A DNA stretch of 64,000 bases from NCBI GenBank assembly GCA_951406725.2, contig OX597814.1, positions 66,278,001 through 66,342,000 on the forward strand. The letters run 5' to 3'. Below the pieces are notes generated by a model. It worked only from the letters and a program-made list of their open reading frames with translations, was not told where the DNA came from and ran no database searches. This document shows, piece by piece, positions 1 through 14,400 of the stretch (position 1 is the first letter of the stretch; the number at the start of each line of letters is the position of its first letter). The translations under genes were made by a program, and so were the position numbers. Origin of the DNA: Octopus vulgaris (Eukaryota).

Positions 1-19
1 AAAGACTCATTGATGTATA

Positions 20-100
20 TGTGTGTGTGTGTGTGTGTGTGTTTGTGTGTGTAACGTGTGTATATAATGTTTGCGCCTATGTAAATGTGCGAATGCATAC

Positions 101-150
<50 letters not shown>

Positions 151-180
151 CACACACACACACACACACATATATATGTA
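20..180. repeat. (GT)n/(TA)n/(CA)n microsatellite cluster
   Basis: Dinucleotide runs read directly; overlapping ORFs are low-complexity artefacts. Confidence 0.95.
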
Positions 181-1182
181 TATGGATGGGTGGATGTATA
201 TTGGTATGCATACATGTACGTATATGTAGTACGCAAACGCATATAGTAAATATCTGACCAAAAGAATTCTGTGATATAACACATAACCAAGTATTCATGA
301 TGCTCGTTTTGTTAATATTCAACTTTATTTTTTTCTTTATTTATACTTCTTTTACTGATACAACCCCATCTCCGCATCCTCTTTAACCTGGCACCCTCCA
401 TGTCTTTCTTGTTCCCCTCCACCTTCTCCCCATTGCATATTTACATAAATAAATACACCAACGTAAGTAGGTGAATGTGTTTTGTTATACGATAATAATT
501 TATTTCTTCTATCAGGCATCTAGTACTTTCACATAGTCTCTGTTTGTACGGGTTAGCATTTTGGGGTTGTTTTTTCTTGTTTTTGTTTTTGCTGGATTTT
601 GTTGGGAAGAGGGGGCAGTTTTTGTTGTTATGATGATGCTAGTGGTGTTGCTTGTTATGGTAGTGGTGGTGATGGTGGTGGTGGTGGTGCTGATGGTAGA
701 GATGATGGTGGTGATGATGGTGGTGATGATGGTGATTGGTGGGTGGGATGGAAGATGGTCTGAAGAATGGGGTGTTATTTTTTACAATCTTTTGTTTGTT
801 TTTCATTCTTTTCAGTATATTTATATGGAGAGGGTTGTGAGAGGTTCTGTTATGGTGTCGTTTGTTTTCGTTGTTGCTGTTTAATTTTATTTTTATCTTG
901 GCCAGTTTTGATAATTTGCGTTAACGATTGAGTTTTTATCTGTCGTAAAGAAAATAATAATAATAATAATAATGAGGAGGAGGAGGAGAATAAGAATGAT
1001 GGTGGTGGTGGTGGTGAAGATGACGATAGTTGTTGCTGGTATTGGGGGTGAGGTGGTGGGGGGGTGTGGTGGAGGTGAAGGTGGTGGTGGTGGTTGAGTA
1101 GGTGATAACAATGAATATGATAATTTGGGTGAGTAGAATGATGCTAACATAGTAATGATGAAAATAAATATGCTGCTGCTAT

Positions 1183-1229
<47 letters not shown>

Positions 1230-2360
1230 CAGACGCCATTAAAAATAGTCATTTCAACTTCCACGTGTTAGACGTACCAATAGAACAAAATATATGGGAG
1301 AGCAAAATACAAAACAAACAAAAAAACCCACAAATGAAAATCAAAACAAAAATACTCAAATAAACCGACGAACCTACGAATTCCTGGAAATTTTCTGTGT
1401 GAGGGCGGAGTTTTGTTTTCCATGCATATAGTAAGGAGTGTAAGTATATGCATCCAGTCTCTGTTTAGCATAACCAATAAAAAGCAAACGGACACAAATT
1501 CAAACAAGGAATTCTTTGAGTTATTTTGAGATAGATGAGAAGTGAAAGGCAATAATATGAGACGAAATAATAACAGACAGACATGAAGGGGTGAAATATT
1601 TCTTCCAAATCTAGTCAGGAGAGAAAAAAATGCATTAAAGACCCGGAAGTGTTGTTGCACCGAGGGAACGTATCATTCAACTACGGTAGTAGTTGAATAA
1701 TATTCGTAAGGCCGCAATTTACTCACATGCAGCATCTTTCAGAGCTTGTTGCTAATTCAGTTCTTAACCAGATTGAAAACTGTTAACAATTTTGAAGAGG
1801 AGTGGTCCCTAGCTACAATTTTGGCATAAAAATATTAAAAGTTTACATCAAACTTTGTAGCAACGTTATAGGAGAGTAAGTAACGCCACCAATCAAGTTT
1901 AAATCTAAATAACTGTTTTATTTTAAAAGCAAAATATATTTATCTTAGCTTCACTAATAGAAGAAAGCATGAAGAATTTCATAGTTTTGGTCCCATACGA
2001 CAAAAAATTGTATCAAAAAAGTTGTGAGGTAAAATATATAAAAGATATAAGACAAAAAATTGGATTTAAATTTAATTAATTTTTTCATTTTAAAAAACTA
2101 TATTTTAATTAAGCTTTGAAGATAGAGCCCAATTCGAGGAATTACATGGTATCAATTTCATGCAATGAAGTTTTAAAGGAAAACAGTCATGAGTGTTTGT
2201 TTCTCAAATTTTGGGGGTGACAATATAGTTCTATACTTTTTTATGAAAATAGTTCTAGAAAGGGACTTTTAATATATGTCACCGGCGTCATTGAGGTAAG
2301 GAAAAAATTATCAACTACACGTTATTAATTAGCATAATAGCATAACCTGAAAAATCATGG

Positions 2361-3672
2361 ATTACATGAAAAATGCGAGCAAAAGAAATAATAGTCTTAA
2401 AATAAATTGGAAAATTACAGGACAAGTTATTACACTTGGAAAAGTTCAGGACAACTTATTACATCTCGTACAGAACAAGAAAATTTTTATTTAAAACTAG
2501 CAGTATCGCCCGGCGTTGCTCGGGTTTGTAAGGGAATTAACTATATAAGCATTTTTAGATATGTAAAGTATAATAGCCATCTCAATATGGCTAACCACAA
2601 AGGGGGGTGTTACTGTAGCTTTTTACGTTCTGAGATTTAATAATACATTTTTAGAGAGTTACTTCCTTTATATATGCCAAAAATGCATTAACAATGGGAA
2701 AAAATTATGGTAAATTTTTTTTAAATCGTAGACTAATCGTAGACTAATCGTAGACTCATCGTAGACGCGCGCTAATACCCAGAAGGGCTCGATATGAATC
2801 ACGACTATAAGATACCCGCTTTTGGTTAAACTGCACCGCAAAATGTGGGAGTAGTTAGGAATCTAAATCGTAGGAGACAGACACCACACAACCTCACTTT
2901 TATATATTTAAAATATAGCAGCTAAGGTTAAAATTTGAAAATTAAGAATTATTTGATTTTAATTTACAAAGTAAGAATATAATTGAAAAAGGTACCATCA
3001 TTTTATTAAAATATTGACACACTAGAATACTTAGATATAAAATAAAATATATAACATAAAATACAAAAATAAAAGTACCAATATAGCGTAAGTTTTATGC
3101 AAAGTAGAATAGTATATATGGTAGGCAAATTCATTATGTAAAAAACAGGCATTGGGTCAAGACTAAAAATGTGAAGATTTGGCAATAGCTTAAACAATAA
3201 CTCAAGCAAATTTTACTGTGTATTTGTTGTTATAGATAGATTTTACTAATTTTGTATCATTCTATTTATTGTACTAACTAATTATATACTACTATTATTT
3301 TTATATTATTTATTATGTACTATTATTACTTTTATAACCTATTTTCAAATTTCTAATTATTAATTAATAATTAAGAAAATTAATTTTTTAAGGGGCAAAA
3401 AATATTTTGAGTTTTTTTAATAGAAGTAACAAGTAATAACAAGTAATAAAAAATTTTAATTTTAATAAAAGCTAATATTTTCTAAATTTAAAAATTTTAT
3501 TTGAAATTTTATCCTCAGCTGCAATATTTTAAGTATAAATTTTCTTATTCTGTACTTTACCAGATGTAATAAGTTGTCCTGAGCTTTTCCAAGTGTCATA
3601 ACTTGTCCTGTAATTTTCCAGGTTTATAATCTTAAGAATATTATTTCTCTTGCTCGTATTTTTCTATGTAAT
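2361..3672. mobile_element. Foldback/long-TIR non-autonomous element (~200-bp imperfect inverted arms); left arm interrupted by a Helitron-like insertion
   Basis: 2361-2496 + 2908-2960 (…ggaaaattacaggacaagttattacacttggaaaagttcaggacaacttattacatct…) is the reverse complement of ~3485-3672 (…agatgtaataagttgtcctgagcttttccaagtgtcataacttgtcctgtaattttcc…). Confidence 0.6.
2497..2906 (-). mobile_element. Non-autonomous Helitron-like element
   Basis: Minus-strand 3' end cccgagcaacgccggg-cgatactg-CTAG|T (hairpin + CTAG); same terminus as 53402-53833. Confidence 0.7.
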
Positions 3673-3929
3673 AAAATATAGATGAAGGAATACATGCATT
3701 CTTATGTTATTCATGTTGTCCTTGTATCAGATATAGTCGGTGGACTTGGAATTCAGTTGTATATTGGTACTTACCAACAAAGAAAATGGATAACCGAGTC
3801 AGACTTGAACCAGAGAACGAGTACCTGTTTGTCTCATAATATTTTGATAGCTTTTTCAATGAACACAATTCTTTAATTCTAAACAGTACTTAGTAAGTTG
3901 TTGTTGCTGTCATCGTCGTAGTGGTCGTC

Positions 3930-3970
<41 letters not shown>

Positions 3971-4699
3971 GGAGGAGGAGGAGGAGGAGGAGGCTGACAG
4001 GACAGACCTAAAAAATCGGAGAATTCAAACGATTTAAATGCCATTTAGACATCCCTAGCTCCATATACAAAGGGCCGCTCAAAAGAAATCGGAATTTTGC
4101 AATAGTATTTTATTCACTTATGTTGTGTCTGAGGAGAGTCTTATTGTCTTAATGCCCTATTATCTAATATACTCACCTGTTCGATTTCCACTCATTTATT
4201 ATTATTTATACATTTTTCTTCCAAAATTTTCGTTGCATTTTGCAACCTTGCCAGTGGATGTTGACTGTCCGTTATTGGAGCTGCGTTCTTTTTTTGTCTG
4301 TGCGCATGTGTGTATGTCAGCGTGCATGTGTGCTTGTGTATGCTCATATGCATGTATGTATGTGTGTGTATCCATATATGTATGTATCTATGTATGTATG
4401 TATGTATGTATTCTGCATAGTCATGATTTGTGTGTGCACCTCTGTCTCCTTGTGTGTGTGTGTGTGTGTGTGTACTTACATATCCATTTACCTACCTATA
4501 TTACCTATATATATGTATGTGTGTGTGTATGTATGTATGAATGTATGTGTATAAGCCACAACATATGCCATGATGGTTCTGAGGTGTAAGTACAGGAGGT
4601 GCTCAAACTCTGCATAAGTAGACAATCACCATATATATATATGTATATATTTGCCTACATAACAGCCAATTAGCAAATGTACTTATTTATGTATATTCT

Positions 4700-5401
4700 G
4701 TGGGTATTGGGGTATCACTACCTTCTACTTGTATTTCTTATTTAGTTCGGGGGAACGTTTCATTTATGAGTACGTACTCCTGTATTTGTCTGAGTGATGA
4801 GTCCTTCGGGTGCTTGGTTCAAAATGCGTATGTCAAGTCGGTTGTGTGTGCCTCCATGTTGGCCTTTGGCATGTTATATCGGTCAAAGATGTGTCGGAGT
4901 CTATTTCTAGCTAAAGAAATCTTTGCCTCTCTCTCACTGTCAGTCTTGCCGTTGAGGTTATAGAAGACGAGGTTATAGACTCTAGGGTACTATCGGTGTT
5001 ACTATTGTTGTAGTTGTTCTTGTTATGGTTGCCAGCGTTGTTGTTGCTGCTGGTGTTGTGTTCATTGTTGATGTTATTATTGTTGTTGTTGAGGTCGTTG
5101 CTGTTGTTGTTATTGTGGATGTTGATGGTGTTGAAAGTGGTGCTGGTGCTGGTGGCGGTGTGGGTGATGTTGTGGTTGGTATTATTGTTTGCGTGTGGGG
5201 TGTTGTGGTTGTCATTGTTATTGTCATACTTTTTCTTATTATCATTGATATTGTTGTTCTTGTTGTTTTTGTTGTTGTTGTTTTGATTTCGTATGTTTGT
5301 GTTGTTGTTATAGTTGTTTGTGTGGGAGATGTTGTAGTTATTGTCACTATTGTTGTTGCCACTATTACTGCTTTTGTTGCTCTTTTGGTTTCGTATGTTT
5401 G

Positions 5402-5453
<52 letters not shown>

Positions 5454-5610
5454 CTAATCTCCATCTTATTTTTAAGAATGCGTTTTCAATCTCAGACAGA
5501 CAATCAGTTTTTCTGACCTTCTTATATGTCGTGAATTTCTGTGGTAACAGTAAGGCATGCAATTCATCCGTACCTAGATGTACTGCGCCGTATATTCCAG
5601 GAGTGTAATT
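4700..5610 (-). mobile_element. Possible internally deleted Penelope-like remnant with expanded (CAA)n
   Basis: Minus-strand peptides ALLLPQKFTTYKK…EIENAFLKIRW and SLRQIQEYVLINETFPELNKKY resemble PLE ORF N- and C-termini; judged by eye. Confidence 0.35.
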
Positions 5611-5639
5611 GTTGTTGTTGATGGTGGTATTGCTTTTTG

Positions 5640-6920
5640 GTGTCCCGGCGTCGAAGTCCTTAGTTTTACATGTTTACACTTTTAATAACTTCAAAGTATT
5701 TTCCATTTGAAGCAATGCCTCAATCCATATGTGTTTTCCACTGTTCGAAGCAGTCCTGGAGATCTTGCGAAGTGATGCTTTTAAAATGCTTCCGTCGTTT
5801 TTTGTTTTTCTTCATGTCTTCCACATCTGCAAAATGTTTTCCCTTAAGTACTTTTTTCATTCGGGTGAAGAAAAAGAGCCACAGGGAATAAGGTCGGATG
5901 AATAAGGAGGATGGGTAAGCTGGGTCATGCCATTTTTGGTCAAAAACTGTCTCACATTCAAGGCTGTGTGCATAGGCGCATTGACGTGATGAAACCACCA
6001 CTCATCACTTTGCCACAGGTAGGCGCGTTTCGTTTCACCGTGTCTCACAGACGCTTCAGAACTGCTAAGTAAAATATCTTGTTAGCAATTTGACCAGGAG
6101 GAACAAATTCTGTGTGGACAATTCCTTTTGCCTTGATGAAAGAAATCAGCATCGTCTTGACATTGGACGCTTTTTGATGCGCTTTTTGGAGGCGTGGTGA
6201 CATTGGATGCTTCCACCGACTTGATTGCTATTTCATTTCTGGGTCGTAGCCGTAGCGCCAGCTCCGTCACCAGTGGTGACCTTTCGAAGAAGATCTGGAT
6301 CAACTTCCAACTGTTCTTTAAGTTCATGCCAATCATTCAGTCATGGCTGCTTTTGATCTTCCGTGAGCAAGCGAGGCACAAATGTTGCTGCAACTATTTT
6401 CATTTACAATTTCTCACTTAAAGTTCGTTGGAAAGAGCTCCAGGAACACCAACCATATCAACACATCCGTCAGTTTTTCGGCGACGGTCCTCCAAGATCA
6501 GTTCATGAATTTTCGTGATGTTTTCATTCGTTCGGGAAGTCGACAGTCGCCCTGAGCGAGGTTGGCCCTCAAGTGACAAGTGTCCATTCCTAAAGCGCGA
6601 AAACCACTCATAAACTTGTGTCTTGTTCATGACAGCGTCTTTGTAAACTGTTTGAAGCATGACGATTGTTTCGGCCGCCGTTTTCCCCAGCAGAAAACAG
6701 AATTTCGCGGAAGCACGCTATTCCTTCGTTACAGCCATCGCAAAACAAAGAAGCACTGCAAAACAAAGAATCACCATGTGGCAGTATGAACCCATAGAAC
6801 GCCGCCGGTCGGCAGACTGATGCCTGAGGGTTGCATCAAGTGGCTTCTTGTGGCAGAAACCTGAACTACAACGGGCTTGTCCCACAGAGAACGTTTCCGG
6901 TTACTTTTGGGTACAAGGAT
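5640..6920 (-). mobile_element. Degenerate mariner transposon (transposase pseudogene)
   Basis: Fragmented frames with WFSRFRNG…PRSGR (HTH), HHVNAPMH, HPPYSSDLIPC, LKGKHFADVED; TIR-like gtacccaaaagtaaccggaa on the minus strand near 6895-6914; left TIR eroded. Confidence 0.88.
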
Positions 6921-8086
6921 CATCATTTCACCATTCGTGCACTACTACATGCATTAGCAACTTGCGCCCTTCAATAGACTCCACCTTCATGGTGATCACC
7001 ACCACTAGACCTTACAAGCTAAACTTAGTTGCCGCACATTGAAGACTAGTTTGCATTATAGCTGGATTAAAAGAAGCATTCAATTTTGTACTCCCGTCGT
7101 GAGTGCTCAAGACCCTTCTACTTCTTGATGTTTCAGAATTCATAATCAAAACCAGGCACAAACTTGCATCATCCACCACCCTGAAGTGGTTGCACTGTCA
7201 TCGATTGAATATGGTACCGCAGACCGCAAAGATACTATTTATAATTTCAATGAATCGTGTGTTTTTTTTTTTCATTTTTTGATTTGTTTTTTTTTCGGAT
7301 GATGGGGTCCAAAAGAGACCTGATAATTGGTTCATATGAGACAAACACCAACCTGACACATTCCTGAATGAATAAACAAAAGAATGTGGATAATAGAAGA
7401 CCCTTAACGTGATTACAATATTTTCAGAGAATATAGGGATGGAATTTGTCCAAGATAGATCTACGAGCCGCTCTAGCAACAGTATTGCCAATGACTTCGC
7501 TATTTCTCCAGTATCTTGCGAAGAATCCTGCAGGTGAAGGACAGAAATATATTCCTTGAAGTACTCGTAATATAGAAAGCGTAAACACATGGTGTTCCGA
7601 GCTATCCGTTTACAATTAATCAATTGCTTAAAATGAGTTTGCTAAATCAGTACTCATACCAACGTTTAAATCAATCGGTTTCATGAAATCCGGCATTCGA
7701 TAATGAAACCTAAAAACTACTAACTACATTCAGAAATGTCCATATTCTGTATCTAAAATGAAAAGGAGACAAGGGTTTAACATAGACTCGCATTATATCA
7801 TTTCGACAGTGTCTGTTGACTGAACTGAATCTGCACCTGAGACAAATAGCGTCTTGAAAATTGGAAAGGTGTTTCACGGAAAGATGACCGGGACAGAAAA
7901 TTCTTTCTGAGGAGCACCTTTACAATTTATGACGTAGAAAAATTGCACAACTCTTACGCAACAGATCATCAACGGCGCCCTTTCTATCAGCAGAAGACCA
8001 TGCATGGCTCTCTTTTGAAAAGATTTCAAAATGAAAGTAACAAAGAAAACCAAATAGTTTACCTTGGATCAACAAACGTTGTATTA

Positions 8087-9367
8087 CGAGGGACCTTCAA
8101 TAAGTAATGCCCCTGACCCACTTGCAGTTGTTTGATCTAGCTGAAATTTTGCATGTGTAATCATTTATATCTCTATAGAGTAAGTGGCAAATTACAGCTC
8201 TGAATTAATTGTGGTTTCTGATTTACAGGTGTTTGAACCGAGTCAAGTGTGAAATGGAGCCTGTTGAGTGTCGAGCAGTGATCCGGTTTTTGTATTTGAA
8301 AGGACGCACACCACGGGAGACTTTTGATGAAATGAAAGTAACATATGGTGATGATGCCCCATCACATGACCTTGTAAAACGCTGGCATCGTGAATTCAAA
8401 CATGGTCGGAACTCTGTGGAAACAGCTCCCAGATCTGGTCGCCCCTTCTGCCATTGATGAGGCATCTGTCCGACTGCCATTTTGGAAGATCGACGCATAA
8501 TTATTCGCCAAATAGCCCATGAGGTCAAGATTAGTACCGGGTCTGTGGAAACTATCATTCATGACCATTTGCATATGCAAAAGGTGTCTGCCAGATGGAT
8601 TCCCAGGTTGCTCACGCCTTTCCAGAAGCAAGAACGCGTCGAGTGCTCGAGAGTGAATTTGGAGATGTGCCAAGATGAGTCAAAATTTTTCTAAAGACTG
8701 ATTACACAGGATGAAACCTGGGTCCATCGCGATGATCCAGAGACCAAAGCCCAGTCAATGCAGTGGAAGCACCGTGACTCACCCCCCCCCCCCAAAGAAG
8801 GCAAGGGTGCAGCCCTCCGCTGGCAAGGTCATGCTCACAGTCTTCTGGGACCAGGACGGAGTAGTGATGACAGATTTCTTGGCAAAGGGTACCACAATTG
8901 CAGGAGCCTATTATGCTTCACTTTTGAGGAAATTAAGAGAAGTTATCAAAATCAAGAGGCGGGGCAAGATCAGCAAAGGCATCCTCCTCCTGCAGGACAA
9001 CGCTCCGGTCCACAACACGCTTGTCGCCAGATCAGAACCACAGGTGTATGGCTATGAACTCTTCCCCCATCCCCCTACTTTCCTGACCTTGCACCCTCTG
9101 ATTTTCACCTCTTCCCAGTCATGAAGTTGTTTTTGAAAGGAAAGCGTTTCCCAGATGATGCAGCCTTGATTTCTGAAGTCACGCTCAGGTTGGAGGTCCA
9201 AACTGGGGTCTTCTACAAAAACGGTCTCCAGAGCTGCATCAAACAATGGGAGAAATGCGTAACTCTGGGTGGTTCCTATGTAGAAAAAGACTAATAACTG
9301 TGCCAAGTTTCGTTGCTCTACAGCTATAGGAAGTGGGTCAGGGGCATTACTTATTGAACGCCCCTCG
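8087..9367 (+). mobile_element. Full-length mariner element (1281 bp) with TIRs and TA TSD
   Basis: TA|cgagggaccttcaataagtaatgcccctgacccact … agtgggtcaggggcattacttattgaacgcccctcg|TA. Confidence 0.95.
8254..9294 (+). pseudogene. Mariner DD34D transposase pseudogene
   Basis: MEPVECRAVIRF…, KVSARWIPRLL, QDETWVH, LQDNAPVH, PDLAPSDFHLF; several frameshifts and stops. Confidence 0.92.
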
Positions 9368-9975
9368 TAGTTATCACTTTGAAGAGTGTTCTTCTGCAAT
9401 TCAGTGACAGAAAATAACAAAATATCACCTGATTCATAAAATTAATAGGAATACTTAAACGTGACAACCGATGCAGTGTCTGAGGAATTACTACTGAAAG
9501 TATGATTCACATCATAGGAAGATCAACAATACACCATTTGTTTTTCAAAACAAAGAAGGGAAATGGCCATAACCTCAACTGATATACGCAGTTTTTTTTT
9601 TCTGCCGTATGATGAAAACTCAAAAAAATATGCTGGAACCCTGGAGCCTCAAGGACCAAGTTTATAATTCTAATTTTAATATCATTTCACAGAAGAAATC
9701 ACTTCCTGGATCAGATGCCACGCTTTCCTGAATAAGTTTTCGAGGTGAGTTAACAAGGTATACGATCTAAGTGAAATTTACCCGTCTCCGCCATTTTTTT
9801 ACTACATATCGTCATCGTCATTACCTCTCCCAACGCTAACACTATCATTCCGACCCCTAAAATTGCAACGCATTTCTTTACAGCGTTGACTACCTCTATT
9901 ACAACTACAACTATCACTTTCTCTTGCCACTACTATATTTACAACGCCGCCACTACCACAACTCCCACAAACAAT

Positions 9976-10007
<32 letters not shown>

Positions 10008-10379
10008 TCACCAACACCCTACAACCACTACAATCAGCCTCACTTTCTTACACAGTGGGAGTTATAACAAACCATTCTTTTCTTGTTCATTTGTTGCTCC
10101 ACGTCCCATTATACGGGAGTCGATTGATATCTTAACTCGTTCATAAAGAAGAATCGATGACTGTCTAGATTTTGTTATTGTTGTTACTGATGTAGTCATT
10201 ATGGCGATAGCGGCTGTTGACGGGTCTACTAATATTGTTCATATCTAACATAAACATGCAACATCAAAGGGGAATCTAAAATCTGTCGGTGACAAAAACT
10301 TGTGGACCACCCAGTCATTCAGTAGACGCCGTTCTTCACACACAAATACGTGCGTGAGCGTATATAAATAAATATATTC

Positions 10380-10725
10380 TTTTAATCCTTTAGTTGTTTC
10401 AGTCATATGACTGCGGTCATGCTGGAGCACCGATTTTGGTCGAACAAATGGACCTCAGAACTTATTTTTTTGTAAGCCTAGTACTTATTCTATCGGTCTC
10501 TATTGCCGAACCGCTAGTTTACGGGGACATAAACACACCAACATCGGTGTGTCAAGCGCTGGTGGGGGACAAACACAGACACAAATACATACATACGTAT
10601 ATATATATATATATACGACGGGCTTCCTTCAGTTTCCGTCTACCAAATCTACTCACAAGGCTTTGGTCGGCCGGAGGTTATAGTAGAAGACACTTGCCCA
10701 AGATGCCATGCAGTAAGACTGAATC
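10380..10725 (-). mobile_element. tRNA-derived SINE family B (CORE-like), 5'-truncated
   Basis: Matches 55938-56275 and 61825-62541 (cttgggcaag core, internal microsatellite). Confidence 0.8.
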
Positions 10726-10726
10726 C

Positions 10727-10738
10727 TATATATATGTA

Positions 10739-10798
<60 letters not shown>

Positions 10799-10806
10799 CA
10801 TACATA

Positions 10807-10879
<73 letters not shown>

Positions 10880-10992
10880 TATAGAGAGAGTGAGAATTAC
10901 ACACAAGCACACACACACTCACACATATATAATATCTAAATTAAATGTCTTTGTCAAGTCATGCCAAACGGTTTGGCTTTTCATTTCTGTTT

Positions 10993-11048
<56 letters not shown>
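10727..11048. repeat. (TA)n,(GA)n,(GT)n microsatellites
   Basis: Read directly. Confidence 0.95.
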
Positions 11049-11050
<2 letters not shown>

Positions 11051-11051
11051 A

Positions 11052-11217
11052 TAGTCCTTTCTATTATAGGCACAAAGCCGGAAATTTGGGAAGGGGGATA
11101 GTCGATTATATCGACTCCAGTGTTTCACTGGTACTCAATTTATCGACCCCGAAAGAATGAAAGACGAAGACGACCTCGGCGGAATTTGAACTCAGAACGT
11201 AACGGCAGACGAAATAC
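11052..11217 (-). mobile_element. SINE family A, 3' part (split by Tx1 LINE; 5' head at 16537-16600)
   Basis: Variant of the family core gccgaggtcgactttgcctttcatcctttcggggtcgata on the minus strand; continues in register after the LINE. Confidence 0.88.
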
Positions 11218-11466
11218 GAATTTCTTTATTGCCCACCGGGGGCCAAACATAGATATGGACAGTACAACTGATGGGATCAGTAAATCGATATGATTTTACA
11301 TAAATGTGACATCAAAAATAAAATACAATACATAAAAATCGAATGGAATACACAGTACAAAAACAATACAAATGAAGCGATGATCAAGTTACGCTCCGAT
11401 CCCACAAGCACCGATCTACCGCTGATACCTTTTTATTTTTCCTTTTATTTATTTTTTTTTTCTCGT

Positions 11467-14400
11467 CTATTCACACGGTTCCTTGCACGCACAACACTCG
11501 TGCAACATACTTCCATCTCTTTTGGAACGTACACTCTGACAGACACCTCTTCTCTTCAAATGAAAAGAAAAAAAGGATCGTAAATTGTCACCAGAGATAA
11601 AGTTGCCTGTCTTAATTCCTTTTATCCTAGTCTTCCATACAGCCTCTTTTGCTATTGCTACAACCGTGAGAAAACAATTCTTACCTTCGTTCGTTAGAAC
11701 TCCCGGTGGGTCAATTTTTATAATTGACTCAGTCGACAGCCGTACTCTTCCTTCGCCGGACAACAGATGTTCAGCATAAGCCCACATAAGCCCACATTTC
11801 AGTTATCTCCGGACACTGAACAATAGCGTGAGGGACGGTTTCCCTGTCCCCCCCGCATCTTGGACAGGTCGGCGACTGACGTTTACCATGTCTTGCGAGC
11901 TTATCCCAAACGGGCAAGGCACCTCTGTAGCATTGCCAGGTTAAGGACTTTTGGAAGTTGTCCAACGTTCTCAACCCGAATGTACGATGAAACAAGCTGT
12001 CCAGTTGAATAAATCCGAGACCTAGAGTCGACCCCAGGCCATCGTCGCATTCAGACTCTACCAACCCACTATATAAAATCCGTGTGGAACCCCCACCGCT
12101 GGCGTTGCCCGAGCGCCGGAACAGCAAGAGGGCCTTACGGCACTCTTTATGCCACTCACTCGACCTCGGTCTACGAGAACACCAGGCTTCCTGTTCGCAA
12201 AAACTCTTGAACTCAGGGAACATTTGTCTGGCCAGCGGAGACCACACCCGTTCACTATCCAGGAGAATCCAGAGGTGCCTCAACCTCAACGCATGTCTGC
12301 GCATCATTAACCAAGGCATCCCTAAACCTCCATTTAAAGGCTTTTGACAGCAGACAGAGCGTTTCACAAGTGGCGACCTGCCCTTCCACAAAAAGCGAAA
12401 GAGCTGTCTCTCCAACCTGATCAACCACGAATCCGGACAGGGCACGACGGTCAGGCGGTAGGTAATGACCGATGCGATAAACACATTGGCCACTTCCGCC
12501 CTCCCTTTCAGGGATAGCCACCGCCAAGACCAGGTCTTGACTACTGCAGCCACCCTGCTCAATACCTCCGTCCAGTTCTTCTCTATCTGGAGGCCTGGTC
12601 CAAACCAGACTCCCAGCAACTTAACCGGTCCCTCCGTCCAGCGCCTAACAACACTGTCTGATGGCATCGACTTGCCAACCCAGGTGCCGAGCTGCAAGCC
12701 GACCGACTTTTCCCGGTTAATCTTTGCTCCTGCTACCTCCTCGTAAGCCTCAATAGTCTTACCTACTTCACGTAGGCGTGTCACTGTGGTTACACTGATA
12801 GTGATATCATCCGCGAAAGCCGTAACAAACTCCTCTAGTCCTGGTTCTCTCGGGATGCCACTCAACCTTTGCAGTAATGGCTCGAGAGCCATCACATACA
12901 AAAGTGGTGAAAGCGGACATCCTTGACGAACCGAGCGTCTGATGCAGAACGGCTTCGAAAGGAAACCGTTCACCCGAACTATCGAGTCAATGTTGTGGTA
13001 CAAAGCGATAAACCACCTGAGGAAGCCAAGGCCCAGGCCAAACCGCGCAAGTACAGTCGCTAGGTATCGATGGTCAACCCTATCAAAAGCTTTAGACTGG
13101 TCCAAATGCACCAACGCCCCACCTTTGCCAGATTTATTACCAAACCTCTCTATGGTATAGCGAATAAGATGGAGGGTATCCTGAATGGTTCTGCCTGGGA
13201 TGGCACATGTCTGTGCCTCCCCGACTATACCATTCACGACACGCGCCAACCTTTTTGCTAGAACCTTGGCCAAAATCTTCACTTCTGCGTTTAACAGAGT
13301 GATGGGCCTGAAATTCTCTAGAACGTCCCCCTTGTCCGGGTCCTTTCTGACCAACGTCACTACTCCCCGGCGCACAGATCTGGGGATAAACCCATTCTGT
13401 TTCCAGTTCGCGTACACGTCAGTCAGTAGTTGCCCGAACAAGTCTGGCATACATTTATACAGCTCGTACGGAAGACCATCAAGTCCCGGTGACTTACCCG
13501 CTTTACAATCAGCCAAATCCTCCATCACCTCCTCAGGTGTGATTGGCCCTTCGCAAGACTCCGCATCCGACCCCGAGAGGCACGGCAGCCCGGTAAGAAA
13601 GTCCTCGAGGGCTCTCCCACCACCAGGACCGCCGTCACCCCCGAACAGCTGGGCGAAGGACTCCCGAAAGACCTCACACATTTTCTCGGGTTCGTTTATC
13701 AAGACACCATTTTGATTCGTCAAAGACCGAATAGAGGAACTATTTCCTTGCCGAGCTTCCACCACTCGGGCCCATCCAGCGGCTTTGATTCTTTCACTTC
13801 TCATTGCACGTAACTTAGCTCTGGTAATACTTCCCATGTGGTGGGCTTCAAGATGCTGGTTTAACTCCAGTCTTTTCACCCTCGCTTGGTCTGTATTACC
13901 AGTCCTCCAGGCTTCTTCTAGTTCCTTAACTAGACCATCTCCTATTTTACGTCCCTTCTTAGCTAAACTTATGCTAAACCTAATAGACTCATATTTGATG
14001 GCTCTTTTTAGGGCGTACCACCATTTGTTATTAATGATGGTACCTGTTAATGCCCTCTGTATTAACATCTTGATCCGCTTTCTGTACTCCTCAATCGCCA
14101 AAAGGGACGTATTGAGTTTCCAGTAGCCAGATCCCTGTCTATGCAACTTATCTACCGTCAGTTTACAGGTAACCATCTTGTGGTCACTGTAGCTGACTAG
14201 AAAAAACTGTGGACACTCAACTATGGACTTATCTTTTTCTCTAATTAAAATCCTATCTAGATATGTTCTGGTAGACCCGTCACTATTTGATCACGTCCAC
14301 TGTGGAGTGTTCGGGTGCTCCAACCTATATGGATCTGCTAGCTGAAATTGACTTAGCAGATCCCGAAAGCCTGGGTTACATTTTCTGTTCATGTTCGAGT

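Noticed and set aside
561-1660. ORFs with poly-V/I/P, plus CCGGAAGT (1643) and CACGTG (1262) motifs
   Set aside because: ORFs arise from trinucleotide repeats; the ATGGCG-started frame stops quickly; single motifs are not enough to call a promoter
4125-5608. Cys/Val/Thr/Gln-rich ORFs (mucin- or metallothionein-like)
   Set aside because: Translations of (TG)n, (TATG)n and (TTG)n microsatellites
12058-14126. Several antisense/alternate-frame ORFs over the LINE
   Set aside because: Shadows of the relatively GC-rich ORF2; no independent motifs
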